Assembly (NCBI GenBank): GCA_040219255.1
Contig: JAVJSW010000033.1
Coordinates: 1 to 64,000 of the forward strand
Source: Sumerlaeia bacterium
Lineage (GTDB): Bacteria > Sumerlaeota > Sumerlaeia > SLMS01 > JAHLLQ01
Reading direction: 5' to 3'
Length of the DNA: 64,000 nt
A model generated the notes under the pieces. It saw only the letters and a program-made list of their open reading frames with translations, ran no database searches and was not told the origin of the DNA. Shown piece by piece: positions 63,211 through 64,000 of this stretch (position 1 is the stretch's first letter; each line of letters starts with the position of its first letter). The translations under genes were made by a program, and so were the position numbers.

Positions 63211-64000
63211 ATGGCGCATCGCACCTTGCATGACGGCGGAATGCCGACCGCTCCCGGGGCTCAGGGCCTCTACGATCCTCAGTTCGAGCACGACAACTGT
63301 GGCGTTGGCTTTGTCTGCCATATCAAAGGCAAGCCGAGCCACCAGATCATCGAGCAGGGTCTGGAGTTGTTGCAGAATCTGGACCACCGCGGCGCCCGCG
63401 GGTGCGATCCGTGCAGCGGCGACGGGGCCGGCATGCTCGTTTCCATGCCGGACAAGTTTTTCCGCCGCGCCTGCCTGGAGGAGATGGGCGTTTCCCTCCC
63501 CAAGCCCGGCGAATACGCCGTGGCCACCGTGTTCCTGCCCCGCAACAAGAGCCATCGGGCCCAGCACGAGCTGATGCTCGAGAAGTTCATCAACGATTAC
63601 GACATGCAGATCCTGGGCTGGCGCAACGTGCCGGTGAACAGCGACTGCCTCGGCGTTCTCTCGCGCGCCAGCGAACCGGTCATCCGGCAGCTTTTCGTCG
63701 GCATGCGGCCCCAGTTCTACAACCGCCGCGATTTCGAGCGCCGTCTCTACCTGGTTCGTCAGCGCGCCGAAAACCAGTCCGACCACCTGAACATGCCCGG
63801 CGCCGAGTCCTTCTACATCACGGCCTTCTCGACGAACCGCCTCGTGCTCAAGGGCATGCTGACGACCGATCAGCTGCGCGAGTATTTCCTCGATTTTTCC
63901 GCCCCCGATTTTGAAAGCCATCTGGCGCTCGTTCACTCGCGCTTCTCCACCAACACCTTCCCCGCGTGGAAGCTGGCACACCCCTACCGTTACCTGGCGC
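63211..64000 (+). CDS. gltB: Glutamate synthase large subunit, 5' part (runs off the window)
   Basis: GLYDPQFEHDNCGVGFV, LDHRGA, GDGAG, LGWRNVPV, KGML, VHSRFSTNTFPAWKLAHPYR. Confidence 0.96.
   Translation, partial: MAHRTLHDGGMPTAPGAQGLYDPQFEHDNCGVGFVCHIKGKPSHQIIEQGLELLQNLDHRGARGCDPCSGDGAGMLVSMPDKFFRRACLEEMGVSLPKPGEYAVATVFLPRNKSHRAQHELMLEKFINDYDMQILGWRNVPVNSDCLGVLSRASEPVIRQLFVGMRPQFYNRRDFERRLYLVRQRAENQSDHLNMPGAESFYITAFSTNRLVLKGMLTTDQLREYFLDFSAPDFESHLALVHSRFSTNTFPAWKLAHPYRYLA

Overview
High-GC, diderm bacterial chromosomal window, probably a contig start because bases 1-14 match the Illumina adapter end. The gene style suggests a poorly studied lineage such as Ca. Sumerlaeota/BRC1, but that is inference. 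From left to right: (i) a ~15.5 kb envelope locus with a secreted acidic beta-helix-like protein, a helical-repeat protein, a TonB-dependent receptor, an Omp85/BamA-family protein, a TtpB/TtpC/ExbB/ExbD/TonB/TtpD-type motor and a Sel1 protein; (ii) mixed housekeeping genes and scattered single ABC components (PLD, rpsU, BtuD/FepC-like ATPase, two tandem carboxypeptidase-regulatory-repeat paralogues, BtuF-like binding protein, YkgJ/FliB-like protein, mreB with a 22-aa insert, hybrid histidine kinase, oppC, a GT-C-like membrane protein, vanadium haloperoxidase-like protein, wzt); (iii) a lower-GC accessory region at ~42.5-50.4 kb; (iv) rodA, a GH13 enzyme, an FHA-GGDEF protein, gpsA, an M20 amidohydrolase, a FlaR-like protein, a cytochrome c-PQQ sugar dehydrogenase, an ABC1/UbiB kinase and the start of gltB. 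The best candidate for an undescribed system is a four-gene operon at 42.7-46.0 kb. It encodes a precursor with a Sec signal peptide, then a double-glycine-type leader, then a 58-aa core with 9 Cys. It also encodes a membrane-anchored partner, an exported C39 peptidase fused via two TM helices to a CxxxxC rhodanese domain, and a MauE/DoxX protein. Together these suggest periplasmic RiPP-like maturation and disulfide installation. The same accessory region holds an integrase remnant, a CBM48x2-TPR gene broken by one in-frame TGA, and a Pro-rich/Cys-rich secreted protein with a possible immunity partner. I saw no rRNA, tRNA or CRISPR array. All family calls are from motifs recognised by eye; no database searches were run.
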